64,000 nt of DNA from Planctomycetota bacterium (GTDB lineage Bacteria; Planctomycetota; UBA1135; UBA2386). Below are positions 53,263-62,572 of this stretch, piece by piece (within the stretch, counting starts at the first letter, position 1; each line of letters opens with the position of its first letter). The translations under genes were made by a program, and so were the position numbers. A model generated the notes under the pieces. That model was not told where the DNA came from. It did not search any database and worked only from the letters and a program-made list of their open reading frames with translations. The stretch covers positions 6,176,001 through 6,240,000 of the forward strand of contig OZ245006.1 in assembly GCA_965223545.1 (NCBI GenBank), given 5' to 3'.

Positions 53263-54387
53263 ATGCCACGTCGAACTGCACACTGCAATACCGTTCCACG
53301 ACAGATCGCCGCCGTGACCGTCCTCTTCGTGGCTGGTGGTCTCACAGGCCAGAGTTCGCACGTGGTTCCGGCGCACCTAGCCGTTACCGAGGGATCCTCT
53401 GCAGGTCTGATCGATGGTACGGAGAGGCGCGCGCGACAGCAGATTCTAGTCGGCGCGACCGAGCTCACCCCCATGCGCGGCAGCACCGTCGACGCGCTGT
53501 GGTTCCGGCGCGATCCGATGTTCGATCGGCAGTTGGATGCCTGGAGCGCGCAGCTGACCGTGCAGTTCAGCACTGCGGCTCGTTCCCCGTTCGCAGCGGC
53601 TGAGCAGTTCGCGTTGAATCGCGGGGCGTCTCCCACGACTGTCTTTCAGGGATCGCTTTCCGCGGCGACGTCGCCCGCCTCGCCGCCCAGTCCGGCGCCT
53701 TGGTCTGCGGCGTATGCGGTGAGAGTTCCGCTCTCGACGCCTTACGTCTATTCCGGCGGCGACCTGTGCATCGAGATCAGTGGCACTCCGGTCTCTGCGG
53801 GAGCACAGCGGTGGTGGTTCGACTATTACCAAGCGGACACGACCGCGATCGTGCAGCCTGTCGGGACGCCTTGCGGAGAGCCTGCGGTGCACTACCAGCG
53901 CACCGCGATGGCGTGGCATCGGAATCTCGCTCCGGGAGGCACGATCTCGATCACGACCGTCGGTCGCGCGCGGAGCATTGGTGGCCTGGCGTTTGGGCCG
54001 CCACTGGCGTCGCCGATCTCGCTGGAGTCAATCGGAGCGACCGGCTGCACGCTGCACATTCAGCCGGCCGTCATCGTGCCCACGATCTACCCCCAACTCG
54101 CATCGAGAGTGGCCACGCCGGACAGTACCGCACTGCAGATTCCCGCGCAGACCAACCTGTTGGGATCACCGTTTTGGTCCCAGGGCGTCAACCTTGAATC
54201 GGGGCCGCAGAGCAACCCCGCCGGGGTGACCACCACCAATGCGTTGAAGTTCACGATCGCCAGCGCGTTGCCCGCAGTCGCACTCACGACGGTGCGTTCG
54301 GACGCGGTCGTGATCGGCGCTCCGTTGCCCGATGCGGGGCGCGTTGATCTCGGGCGCGGGCCGGTGATGCGGTTCGACTTGCGGTAG
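53263..54387 (+). CDS. Secreted hypothetical protein carrying the shared C-terminal-type module
   Basis: AAGGA RBS (alternative GTG 53248); signal peptide; LSTPYVYSGGDLCIE; IGATGCTLHI...LQIP...LLG...SQ...TTNAL. Confidence 0.75.
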   Translation: MPRRTAHCNTVPRQIAAVTVLFVAGGLTGQSSHVVPAHLAVTEGSSAGLIDGTERRARQQILVGATELTPMRGSTVDALWFRRDPMFDRQLDAWSAQLTVQFSTAARSPFAAAEQFALNRGASPTTVFQGSLSAATSPASPPSPAPWSAAYAVRVPLSTPYVYSGGDLCIEISGTPVSAGAQRWWFDYYQADTTAIVQPVGTPCGEPAVHYQRTAMAWHRNLAPGGTISITTVGRARSIGGLAFGPPLASPISLESIGATGCTLHIQPAVIVPTIYPQLASRVATPDSTALQIPAQTNLLGSPFWSQGVNLESGPQSNPAGVTTTNALKFTIASALPAVALTTVRSDAVVIGAPLPDAGRVDLGRGPVMRFDLR

Positions 54388-54644
54388 AGAGGGGATGCAG
54401 TCCGCTGCAGGGCTGCTCCGCGCCAAGAGCCGGTCCTTTACGGCTCCTTAGGTCGAGCGTGGGGTCGCCGGCGGTGCGCCGGCTCCGGTGGCGGTCTCCC
54501 GACACCGGAGCCTAAGCGAACGGTCGAATCAGGCTGTGCTGCGGCTGTCGGGAGCGGTCCGATCGTGGCATCGGTTTTGCGCGTCGCCTGCCGGCGCGCG
54601 CGCGCGACCATTACCACTTCCTTACCTCTCGCCCCGACTTCGGT

Positions 54645-55667
54645 ATGCGCTGTTCCTTCTCCCTCACCTCGTTCTCTCTTCTGTTCTTGGCGGTCTCGAC
54701 TCCGGCGCAGCACTTCGTCGTCGCCAACCGCAACGCCGCCAACATCTCCGTGCACCGTGCCAGTGACGGCACGCGTGAGCGCGTCGTCGCCCTACCAGGG
54801 GGAGCCGCGACGCCGGAGCCGATGTACGTGCAACACGTCGGCGACGAAGTCCTCGTCGGTGACCGCGCCAACGACCGAGTCGTGCGCTTCGCCGCAGCCG
54901 ACTACAGCGTCCTCGGTACGGTCGCCGCCGGCCGCGGCGTCTTTCACATGTGGGCGGGCGATCGCCAGCTCTGGGTCAACAACGACATCGACAACACCGC
55001 GTCCGTGATCGACACGGCCTCCATGCAGAATGTGCGCACGGTGCCGATGCCGGCCGACCTCGTCGCGGCTGGCTACAAACCGCACGACGTCTTCGTGGGA
55101 CGGCGTTTCGCCTGGGTCAGCATGCTCGGTGGCAGCGGCGCCTCGGACTGGGTGGTCCAGTTCGACCAGCGGACCTTCGTCGAGCGACGGCGCGCCGCGG
55201 TCGGTGGTGATCCGCATCTGTGGTGGGACGAGCACGGGCGTCGCCTGTTCGTCGCGAGCCAGGCGAGCAGCGAGGTCGTGATGCTGCAGTCGGACACGCT
55301 GCGGCCGTTGAGCCAGCGCTCGGTCTCGGGCGCGCACGGGGTGTTCATGGCGGCGGGGACGCAGACGCTCCTGGTCACCGACATCACCGGCAACGGCCAA
55401 GGGGATCTCCTCGCGCTCGGCGGCGTCTTTGGGTTGCCCATCCAGGATCAGGTCGACACCGGGGTCGCCACCGCGCACAACATCGCGGCCAGCGAGCTGG
55501 GCACGCGCGTGATGGTCACCCACTCAGGCGCGACGAGCACGACGGTGACGCTCTACGCCATGCACAACGCCGTGCTGCCTTGGGTGCCGTTTGGCCTGCC
55601 GATGTTGGAGAAGCTGGCCACCGTCGCTGCGGACGCCAACCCGTTCGGCTTGGCGTACGTGCGTTGA
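54645..55667 (+). CDS. YncE/YVTN-like secreted beta-propeller protein
   Basis: Signal peptide; repeated VVANR, LWVNND..NTASVID, PHDVFV, GGDPHL, AHNIA, NPFGLA blades. Confidence 0.8.
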   Translation: MRCSFSLTSFSLLFLAVSTPAQHFVVANRNAANISVHRASDGTRERVVALPGGAATPEPMYVQHVGDEVLVGDRANDRVVRFAAADYSVLGTVAAGRGVFHMWAGDRQLWVNNDIDNTASVIDTASMQNVRTVPMPADLVAAGYKPHDVFVGRRFAWVSMLGGSGASDWVVQFDQRTFVERRRAAVGGDPHLWWDEHGRRLFVASQASSEVVMLQSDTLRPLSQRSVSGAHGVFMAAGTQTLLVTDITGNGQGDLLALGGVFGLPIQDQVDTGVATAHNIAASELGTRVMVTHSGATSTTVTLYAMHNAVLPWVPFGLPMLEKLATVAADANPFGLAYVR

Positions 55668-55779
55668 TCGCGGACGCCAGTGTTGCTCTTGAGCGTCCGG
55701 GAGTTGCGGTTCCGAAGCTCTTGCGGCAACGGGCCTTCGGAAACGTTGCCGCCGCGCGAAGATTCTCGGCCCCAGACGC

Positions 55780-56255
55780 AGTTCAGCACCACGTGCACCG
55801 CCGGGGCGAACGCGAGGTTGCCGCTCAGCAGCGTCGTGAGTGGTTGGAGGGTCACGACGCTGGCAGAGGGTACCGCGGGTAGCGTCAGCGACACCGACCG
55901 AGTGCCCGTTGGCGGCACGATTCCGCTGTCCAGGACTCTGCGGTCGACCGCAGCACGGCGACTCCCATCGGCGCCAAGCGCCCGAAGGCGATGGCGCCCT
56001 GATTGTCGGCAACGACGAGCGGCCGCGCGGCCGGAAACAAAGAGGAGATCGAGCCTCCGCGCATGCTGAAGACGCGGCCCGCGGGCACTCCCGCCACACC
56101 GAGGCCGGAGCCGTGACTGTCATCCGCGTGCAAGGCCGCACCGGGGTCGCACAGGACCGCGATGCCCTGATCGGTCACCACGTCGACGGAGTACGTGCCG
56201 GCCCGGACCACGAGCACGTCTCCGTGCTGCGCCGCCTGGACGGTATTGACGTCCC
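55780..56255 (-). pseudogene. Remnant of a secreted protein gene (N-terminal and C-terminal pieces joined out of frame)
   Basis: VNTVQAAQHGDVLVVRAGTY... in one frame; PPTGTRSVSLTLPAVP...VTLQPLTTLLSGNLAFAPAVHVVLN in another; no start/signal peptide, no stop at the expected end. Confidence 0.5.
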
Positions 56256-56491
56256 TTATCTCGCGCTTGCCATTGCAGATGCTTCGGCCAGAGGGTCGAT
56301 GGGGCGTCGGTTGGCGGCGTGCCGCGTGCCTCCCACTTCCGGTTCCCCGAACCCGGCTTTCCGATCGATGGCTTCGAAGTGTTCGGTGTGCAGAAACAAG
56401 CACATCGACCTCGGAAGAGTCAGCGGGTCATTGTGGCTCGACGGCTCCTGGTTGGAGGTCTCGGTTCGTGTGAAGTGCGCGAGCCCCCTGA

Positions 56492-57613
56492 ATGCCTGAG
56501 GACGCGCGACAATTGGCTGTTCCGCTTGACCTCGACCCGTACGCCGTGCATCGTCTCCGAGTCGTCTCCGGTGACCGCCGCGCAGTGATCCTCGACCTCA
56601 ATGACTGGAGAACCGATGGCCAGTTGGTTGTCCATCGGCTCGTAGACGCGGTGCTTGCCGAACCGGTCGTGTCGCCATGGCTACGATGGGTGGTGATCAT
56701 CGGGGGGGCTTTGCTCATCGCTATACTGCTCGTAGCGACGTGGCGAAGCCTCGGTCGGGGTCAGCTGCGTGGTTTCGCGTACGCGTCCTGTCTGGCGACG
56801 TTGTTGCTGGGGGGCTACTTCACCTTCGCGTCGTTGCAAGCGCTGCTCTTGGCTACCAGGGCGGAGGCCTTCCCGGCCGACCCGCCGTGGAGCGAAGCGA
56901 AAGCCCCTGCCAAGCCATTCGATTCCGAGGTCTTGAAGAGTGCAGTAGACGAGCTGCGCATACTGCTGCTTGGGCCTCTGGTGTGCGACGAGAACATGAC
57001 GCGGCGCCCGGTCCTCGAGAGGTTCCTGAAAGAGCTGCCGGACCGCATCACGCAGCGAGAGAGTCAAACAGCACGGCAGGCTGAGCAGGCCGAACCTCAG
57101 GACGCTGGGCTGGGCACGTTGGCACAGGCATCTCCGAGCGGCGGGGACTGGGTGTGTCTGTACGTAAGCCCGATTCGCGCCGCGTTCCAGCGGGCGGGAG
57201 TGTTCGGCCCGGAGGCTGAAGCGGCGGCGCTCGCGTATTTGCTATTGCATGAGATTTGCCACGTGCGCCCCTATTTGGGCGGATTCCTCGAGGTGCCGGT
57301 CCCGGGAGATCGTGAGGGTCGGACCCAACATGTGGGACTGCACTGCTGGACGGCCGTGGTCGCGGGGGCGATCGAGCGTTCCCTCGGCGAGGCAGATGCG
57401 GAGGATGATGCTCACGCGAGGGCGCAGTTGGCGGGTGCCTGCTTCGAGCTGCGGCGTGCGAACGAGCTGCTCGACCCCAGGGCCCCCAACGCGTACTCTG
57501 ATGTGTATTCTGAGTACCGCAAAACGATGGGGTTTTCCGCGCGCTTCCCGGGCCCAACTGCCTGGGCTCCGTCCCCGATTCCTCTTGTGCCAGCGCGCTG
57601 TGGCGGTTCCTGA
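56492..57613 (+). CDS. Membrane protein with HExxH motif (possible zinc metallopeptidase)
   Basis: Two transmembrane helices; LAYLLLHEICHV. Confidence 0.6.
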   Translation: MPEDARQLAVPLDLDPYAVHRLRVVSGDRRAVILDLNDWRTDGQLVVHRLVDAVLAEPVVSPWLRWVVIIGGALLIAILLVATWRSLGRGQLRGFAYASCLATLLLGGYFTFASLQALLLATRAEAFPADPPWSEAKAPAKPFDSEVLKSAVDELRILLLGPLVCDENMTRRPVLERFLKELPDRITQRESQTARQAEQAEPQDAGLGTLAQASPSGGDWVCLYVSPIRAAFQRAGVFGPEAEAAALAYLLLHEICHVRPYLGGFLEVPVPGDREGRTQHVGLHCWTAVVAGAIERSLGEADAEDDAHARAQLAGACFELRRANELLDPRAPNAYSDVYSEYRKTMGFSARFPGPTAWAPSPIPLVPARCGGS

Positions 57614-57634
57614 CGGTAAGGTAACGACCCAAGC

Positions 57635-58819
57635 ATGAGCGCAGCAGTTCCAGGGGATGAACGTCGAGTGTCCAATGCGACCTCCTCGATGCTGGCGGTG
57701 GTCGTGCTGACGGCACTGTTTGTCATCGTTTTGCTGTGGTTACCCGATCCGGCGGTGGTCGCGCACGCGAGTGACGATCAGTTGCAGCGGACGTCTAGCG
57801 GGGTCTTTCGACGAGTGTTGTCGTTGGATTCTCGAGGCCACCTCGTCGTCGAGTCGCGAAAGGGTGCTGAGTGGACTGTTGTACGCCACATGCCCGCGAC
57901 CGCCGGCGAGCTGCCGTCTTTCGTCAACCTCGAGTTGGGGGGCCACGTCACCGACTGCCGGGTCGAGGAGGTGGAACCCTTGGAGATCTCTCTCACCGTG
58001 CAACATCGGCGGCGAGGCTCGCTCGACCTGCGAGTGCGCGCAGCGTTGCCGTTGGCTGATGAGACTACGGAGGTCGAAGAACCGGATTCGTTCCGCCGCT
58101 GTGGTGGTGCACGCGACCAGGTTGAACGGGTGCGCGCGGAAGTACTGGCGATGGCGCACCGGGTTGGCGCGGAGCTGGAGCAGGGGTTGCCGCCACCTCA
58201 CAGCCCGGGCGTAACGGTTGAGAGTGTTCACGAGCGCCTTACGTACGAGGTGTTGCCGGAGATCTCGGAAGACGAATACGTCTGTGACGTGGAGAGTCGG
58301 CTCACGCTGCGCGGAAAGTCCGTCGGGGGCGACGGGATGTTCGTCAGTCTAGAGGTCGGGCAGCACCAGTCTCGCGAGTTGAGTTTTGCTGGAGAACTGC
58401 GATTTGCGGGAGCCGAGGTGCCCGTCACGCTGGCTGTTGGAGAGCCGGAGCCCGCGGTCGCAGGCAGGGGCGACCGATGGATCTACCACGTGCGCTGCGA
58501 CTTGCCCGAGACCCCTGGAGAGTTTGAGCTCGAAGTGCGATACGAGGAGCGGCTGCAGCTCGCGCCGGGAGTGCGGTCGTGGTACTTCGGTGCGCAAGAC
58601 TTTGGTCAGCAGGACACTCTCGCCGGTGGCTACGTTGCGGAGGTGACGTGGAACACGCCGATCGAGCTGGGCGAGGATGCACAGTGGACGATGCCGGCAC
58701 CGAGTGGCGACCTGCGGGTGGTTCCATTCAATCCAGAAGCGGAACGGCGCTATGGATTTCGTGTAGAGGTCTCGTCGTCGGTGCCGCGTGCGTCGGTGTT
58801 CTACCGCGTGATGCGGTAG
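57635..58819 (+). CDS. Membrane-anchored beta-rich hypothetical protein
   Basis: 394 aa; hydrophobic segment MLAVVVLTALFVIVLLWL; 21 bp after the previous gene. Confidence 0.65.
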   Translation: MSAAVPGDERRVSNATSSMLAVVVLTALFVIVLLWLPDPAVVAHASDDQLQRTSSGVFRRVLSLDSRGHLVVESRKGAEWTVVRHMPATAGELPSFVNLELGGHVTDCRVEEVEPLEISLTVQHRRRGSLDLRVRAALPLADETTEVEEPDSFRRCGGARDQVERVRAEVLAMAHRVGAELEQGLPPPHSPGVTVESVHERLTYEVLPEISEDEYVCDVESRLTLRGKSVGGDGMFVSLEVGQHQSRELSFAGELRFAGAEVPVTLAVGEPEPAVAGRGDRWIYHVRCDLPETPGEFELEVRYEERLQLAPGVRSWYFGAQDFGQQDTLAGGYVAEVTWNTPIELGEDAQWTMPAPSGDLRVVPFNPEAERRYGFRVEVSSSVPRASVFYRVMR

Positions 58820-58820
58820 C

Positions 58821-61100
58821 GTGTTGAGCTGGCTACGGGCACCATCACGTCGAGGTCGGCTGCACGCTGGAGTTCGGAGCGCTTACGGGCTTGGTTTCGC
58901 GAGAGGATTGGCACTCGTGGGTGCGTGCTGCGCGGGCGCTTGCGCTCCCGACGCGTCGTGCGTGGCCGTGCCGTCGGCTTCCTACGGCGGTGGGACGGGC
59001 TGGATTACCAACACCGGGTACTGGGTTGGGGGCGTCGACTACGGGTTGCGCTGCGGAGCCCTAGACGTTTTCGTCGACAATGGTGGGTGTTGGCTCGATC
59101 TGTCGTCACGCGGTGAGACCGCGGTGGCGGTTCGTCTGGACTTCGGCTCTGGGTTCTCCGATCCGCGCCCGGAAGGTCTCCGAGCGGCAGCTTGGTCTTC
59201 CGTTGCGCCAGGCGTGCCGCCGGCGGCGCACGAGCCACGGCCGACATGGGCCGCGGTACGCTTCGCTGGCGCAGAGGGCACTCAGCTGGCGCTTCGCGAG
59301 CGGGACCGCGGTCTTCTGCTGGAAGTCGAGGCGGCCGACGCGGCGGCACTAGCGCGCTGGTCGTTCGCAGTGCACGGTGCCGGTGCGCATGCGGCCGTCG
59401 CCGGTGGCGGTCTGGTGTGGCGTACCGCCGCGGGTGCGCTGCGACTGACGGTCGCGCGCCTGTGCCAGGAGACTGGGGCCGGAGAGCGCTGGCTCGGCGG
59501 CGCGCTGGTGGCGACCGCCAACGGGGTCGGTCTGCGCGCTGGCTCGACGCCGCGCGGATCGGGTGCGCTGCGGGCTGCGCTGGCGCTGCGCTGGGACGGC
59601 CAGGCGCCGGTCGCGATCGGGCTCGACGACGCGACCGCCATCGTCCACGACGTGGCGATCGACGAGAACGGTTGCGTATGGATCGCGGGGGCGGCGCGGC
59701 GCCTGCGTCCCCCGTTGGCACCGGGCCCATATGCACGCCTGAAGAACGAGCTGGATGCCTTGCTGTACACCGGCGGTGGTGCGGGGACACCGCCGACCAC
59801 GCTGTTGCTCGGCGGCGAAGGGGACGAGGTCGTGCATGGGTTGGACATCGTGGGCGACCGCATCGTGGTCGGTGGTTGGACGGCGTCGCTCCGGCTCCCC
59901 CTGGCGGAGTCGGCTGCCCCCGGTGCTGGCCGCGATGGCTTCGTCGCGCAGCTGTCGACCACGGCGCGGCTGCGCTCGCTCGTGCGCTTGGCGGGGGCGG
60001 GCGAAGACGTCGTGCACGGCGTCCGCGCGCGCGTCGATGGTTGCGTGGCGGTGGGCGCGACGGGCTCGGCGGGCTTTGCCGCCGGCAGCCCGTGGCCCGC
60101 GCCGCACGGCGCGGGCGCGGACGCGTTTGCGGTGGCGATCGCCACCGGCGCCGTCGAACGCGAGTGGCGCTGGGCTAGTGATGGCGAAGACATCGCGTAC
60201 GCGATCGACAGCACCGACAGCGGCCAGTACGTGGTTGTGGGCACATCTTCGTCCGCGGAACTCGGCGGAGCGCCATCGGCCGGAGGTTCCGATGGCTTCA
60301 TCGCCTGGCTGCAGCCGGACCACGACGCACACGTCGTGCGCCGCTTCGGTGGTCGTCGAGAGGACTCTGCGTTGGCCGTGGTCGCTGCCGACTCCGACGC
60401 GGTTTGGGTCGCCGGCTGGAGCCGCTCGACTGAGCTGCCCTTCGCGGTCGCGGCCGCGCCCGAGTGGGCGGAGGTCGAGGCGATTGCGTTTCGGTTCGAG
60501 GGCGTCGGTGGGGTCCCGATGCTCGCGGCCCGCCTCGGCGACGTCGCTGCGCTGGTGGCGGAGGGACGGGCGCGTCTGATGGCGGCGGTCATCGCCGAGC
60601 GCCAGGCGCGGGCTGCGGGCGGCGGCGCGGTCGAGGCGGCGCGGCTCGCGGCTCTCGGGAGTCGCCGGGCGCCGGCGGAGGTCGGCGGCCTGGAGGCCTC
60701 GGCATTGCGGCGGGTTCGGTCCACCTCGCCCCCGGGATGCCGTGGTGCGGTCTCGGCCGGTGCGCGCCATGCGCGTGCCGGGGAAGCGCCGGGCTTGCTG
60801 TTGAGCTCTGCCAATGCGCCCCCGTGGTGCCGGGGCGTTCTCGGCGTCGGGCGCGCATCGGCCAAACCGCACCTCTGGCACGGGGTGCCGGTCGGTCTCG
60901 ACCCGGGGACGATCTGGTCCCGTCCGGTCGTCACGGATGCCTCGGGACGCGCGGTGGTGCGTCTGCCGATGACGACGTTTCCGCCGGGAGCCGAGGTTTG
61001 CGCACAGTGGTTGTGGTTCGGGCCGTCGGAGCCCTACCCACCGTGCCCGCCGTCGGGCCTCGTCGCCTCACCGCTGATCGAGCTCGCGCCCGCGCAGTGA
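58821..61100 (+). CDS. SBBP/beta-propeller-repeat secreted protein (divergent) with C-terminal module
   Basis: WITNTG.W N-domain; repeats LGGEGDE...GWT.S, DGFVA, FGGRRED; C-terminal TDASGRAVVRLP...AQW...GLVASPLIEL. Confidence 0.7.
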   Translation: MLSWLRAPSRRGRLHAGVRSAYGLGFARGLALVGACCAGACAPDASCVAVPSASYGGGTGWITNTGYWVGGVDYGLRCGALDVFVDNGGCWLDLSSRGETAVAVRLDFGSGFSDPRPEGLRAAAWSSVAPGVPPAAHEPRPTWAAVRFAGAEGTQLALRERDRGLLLEVEAADAAALARWSFAVHGAGAHAAVAGGGLVWRTAAGALRLTVARLCQETGAGERWLGGALVATANGVGLRAGSTPRGSGALRAALALRWDGQAPVAIGLDDATAIVHDVAIDENGCVWIAGAARRLRPPLAPGPYARLKNELDALLYTGGGAGTPPTTLLLGGEGDEVVHGLDIVGDRIVVGGWTASLRLPLAESAAPGAGRDGFVAQLSTTARLRSLVRLAGAGEDVVHGVRARVDGCVAVGATGSAGFAAGSPWPAPHGAGADAFAVAIATGAVEREWRWASDGEDIAYAIDSTDSGQYVVVGTSSSAELGGAPSAGGSDGFIAWLQPDHDAHVVRRFGGRREDSALAVVAADSDAVWVAGWSRSTELPFAVAAAPEWAEVEAIAFRFEGVGGVPMLAARLGDVAALVAEGRARLMAAVIAERQARAAGGGAVEAARLAALGSRRAPAEVGGLEASALRRVRSTSPPGCRGAVSAGARHARAGEAPGLLLSSANAPPWCRGVLGVGRASAKPHLWHGVPVGLDPGTIWSRPVVTDASGRAVVRLPMTTFPPGAEVCAQWLWFGPSEPYPPCPPSGLVASPLIELAPAQ

Positions 61101-61124
61101 CTAGCCCCTTGAGACCCGCCTACG

Positions 61125-61988
61125 TCACGCGCGTCGGCCGGTCTGCACCGCGATGATTCCCAAGAGCATCATCGCGATCCCGACCCACTGGTGCGCTAGG
61201 AGGCGTTCGCCGAGCAGCGCGAACGCGAACACCGCCGTGTAGATGACACCGCCACTGGCCAGCACGCTGGCCTCGTACGAACGCAGCGTGCGGAGCGCGT
61301 AGTTGAACACGGTGGCGCCCACCGCGATCGTCACCAGCGCACTGAAGGCGACGACGACGGTGGCGCCGAAGTGCGGCAGCGGGGCGAGACCGTCGCGCCA
61401 GACGCCGGCCAACGCCACCGGGACCCCGCCGATCCACACTGTCAGCATGGAGATCATCGGGTCGGAGAGGTCGAAGCGCGGTGCTCGCGTCAGCCGGCGG
61501 ATCAGGTTGTTGGTCATCGCCAGCGCGACCACGCCGCCGCCGACGACGAGCACGCCGGCGGCCTCGTCGCCGGAGGGCACCGCGCGGAAGTAGACCGTCA
61601 GGCCGGCCAACGCCAACAGCGTGCCGGCCAGCTGTCTTCGCGTCGGGCGTTCGCCGAGCAGCGGGATGCTCAGGGCCAACGTGACGACGCCGACGAAGTT
61701 GACCAGGTACGCGTGCGTCGTCGCGGGCAAGTGCTGCAGCCCGACGATGAACAGCACGCGCGCCGCCGTGAAGTGGCACACGCCGATCGCGGCCAACAGC
61801 AGCCAAGTGCGCCGGTCGAGTGCGGGCACGCGCTCGCGGCGCAGCACCAGCGTGTGCACGGTCAGCAACCCGGCGCCAATCGCGATCTGCAGCCAGACGA
61901 ACGTGAACGCGTCGACCTCGACGAGCGTCCCCTTGGCGAGGACCGCCGCCAGCGCGGCCGCGGCGACCGCGGCCGAGAGAATCGCCAT
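61125..61988 (-). CDS. DMT/EamA family transporter
   Basis: About 10 transmembrane helices in two repeats, each with LLGER...G; start set at MAILSAAV. Confidence 0.88.
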   Translation of the reverse strand: MAILSAAVAAAALAAVLAKGTLVEVDAFTFVWLQIAIGAGLLTVHTLVLRRERVPALDRRTWLLLAAIGVCHFTAARVLFIVGLQHLPATTHAYLVNFVGVVTLALSIPLLGERPTRRQLAGTLLALAGLTVYFRAVPSGDEAAGVLVVGGGVVALAMTNNLIRRLTRAPRFDLSDPMISMLTVWIGGVPVALAGVWRDGLAPLPHFGATVVVAFSALVTIAVGATVFNYALRTLRSYEASVLASGGVIYTAVFAFALLGERLLAHQWVGIAMMLLGIIAVQTGRRA

Positions 61989-62101
61989 CGCGGCGGTGCG
62001 GCTCGGCGCGGCGGAGGGCGTAGGTCGATCGGACAACGAAAAGAGCGTGCAGTCCGGTTGGCCCGGGCGCAACGATGGGCTGCTCGCCTTAGACTCGCGG
62101 C

Positions 62102-62572
62102 ATGGAGTCGCCCAAAGTGGTCGTGTTGCGGCCGGTCGTCGATGCGGACCTGTCGGTTCTGTTCGAGCAGCAACGCGATCCGGAAGCCAACGCGATGGCG
62201 GCATTTCCCGCGCGCGAACGCGATGCGTTCGTCGAGCACTGGCAAACCGTGGTCAACGGGCGGGACGATGTCGTCGCGCGCGCGATCGAGGCGGATGGCG
62301 CGCTCGCCGGGCAGGTCGGGTGCTTCGTGCGCGACGGCCGGCGGTTGGTCGGCTACTGGCTGGGCCGGGAGTTCTGGGGGCGCGGGATCGCGACCCGAGC
62401 GTTGGCGCAGCTGGTGGCGGTCGTGCCCGAACGGCCACTCCACGCCTGGGTCGCTCTGCACAACAAGGGGTCTATCCGCGTGTTGGAAAAGTGCGGGTTC
62501 GAGCGGGTCGGGGAGCCTCAGCCGATCGAAGACTACGACGGCGTTCTCGAGCAGCGTTTCGTGTTGGAGTGA
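62102..62572 (+). CDS. GNAT acetyltransferase (RimJ/RimL-like)
   Basis: VGYWLGREFWGRGIATRAL, NKGSIRVLEKCGF. Confidence 0.9.
   Translation: MESPKVVVLRPVVDADLSVLFEQQRDPEANAMAAFPARERDAFVEHWQTVVNGRDDVVARAIEADGALAGQVGCFVRDGRRLVGYWLGREFWGRGIATRALAQLVAVVPERPLHAWVALHNKGSIRVLEKCGFERVGEPQPIEDYDGVLEQRFVLE

Noticed and set aside
56368..56499. Small CxxC-containing ORF (MASKCSVCRNK...)
   Set aside because: Short, no clear RBS, in a decayed region; cannot be distinguished from chance.
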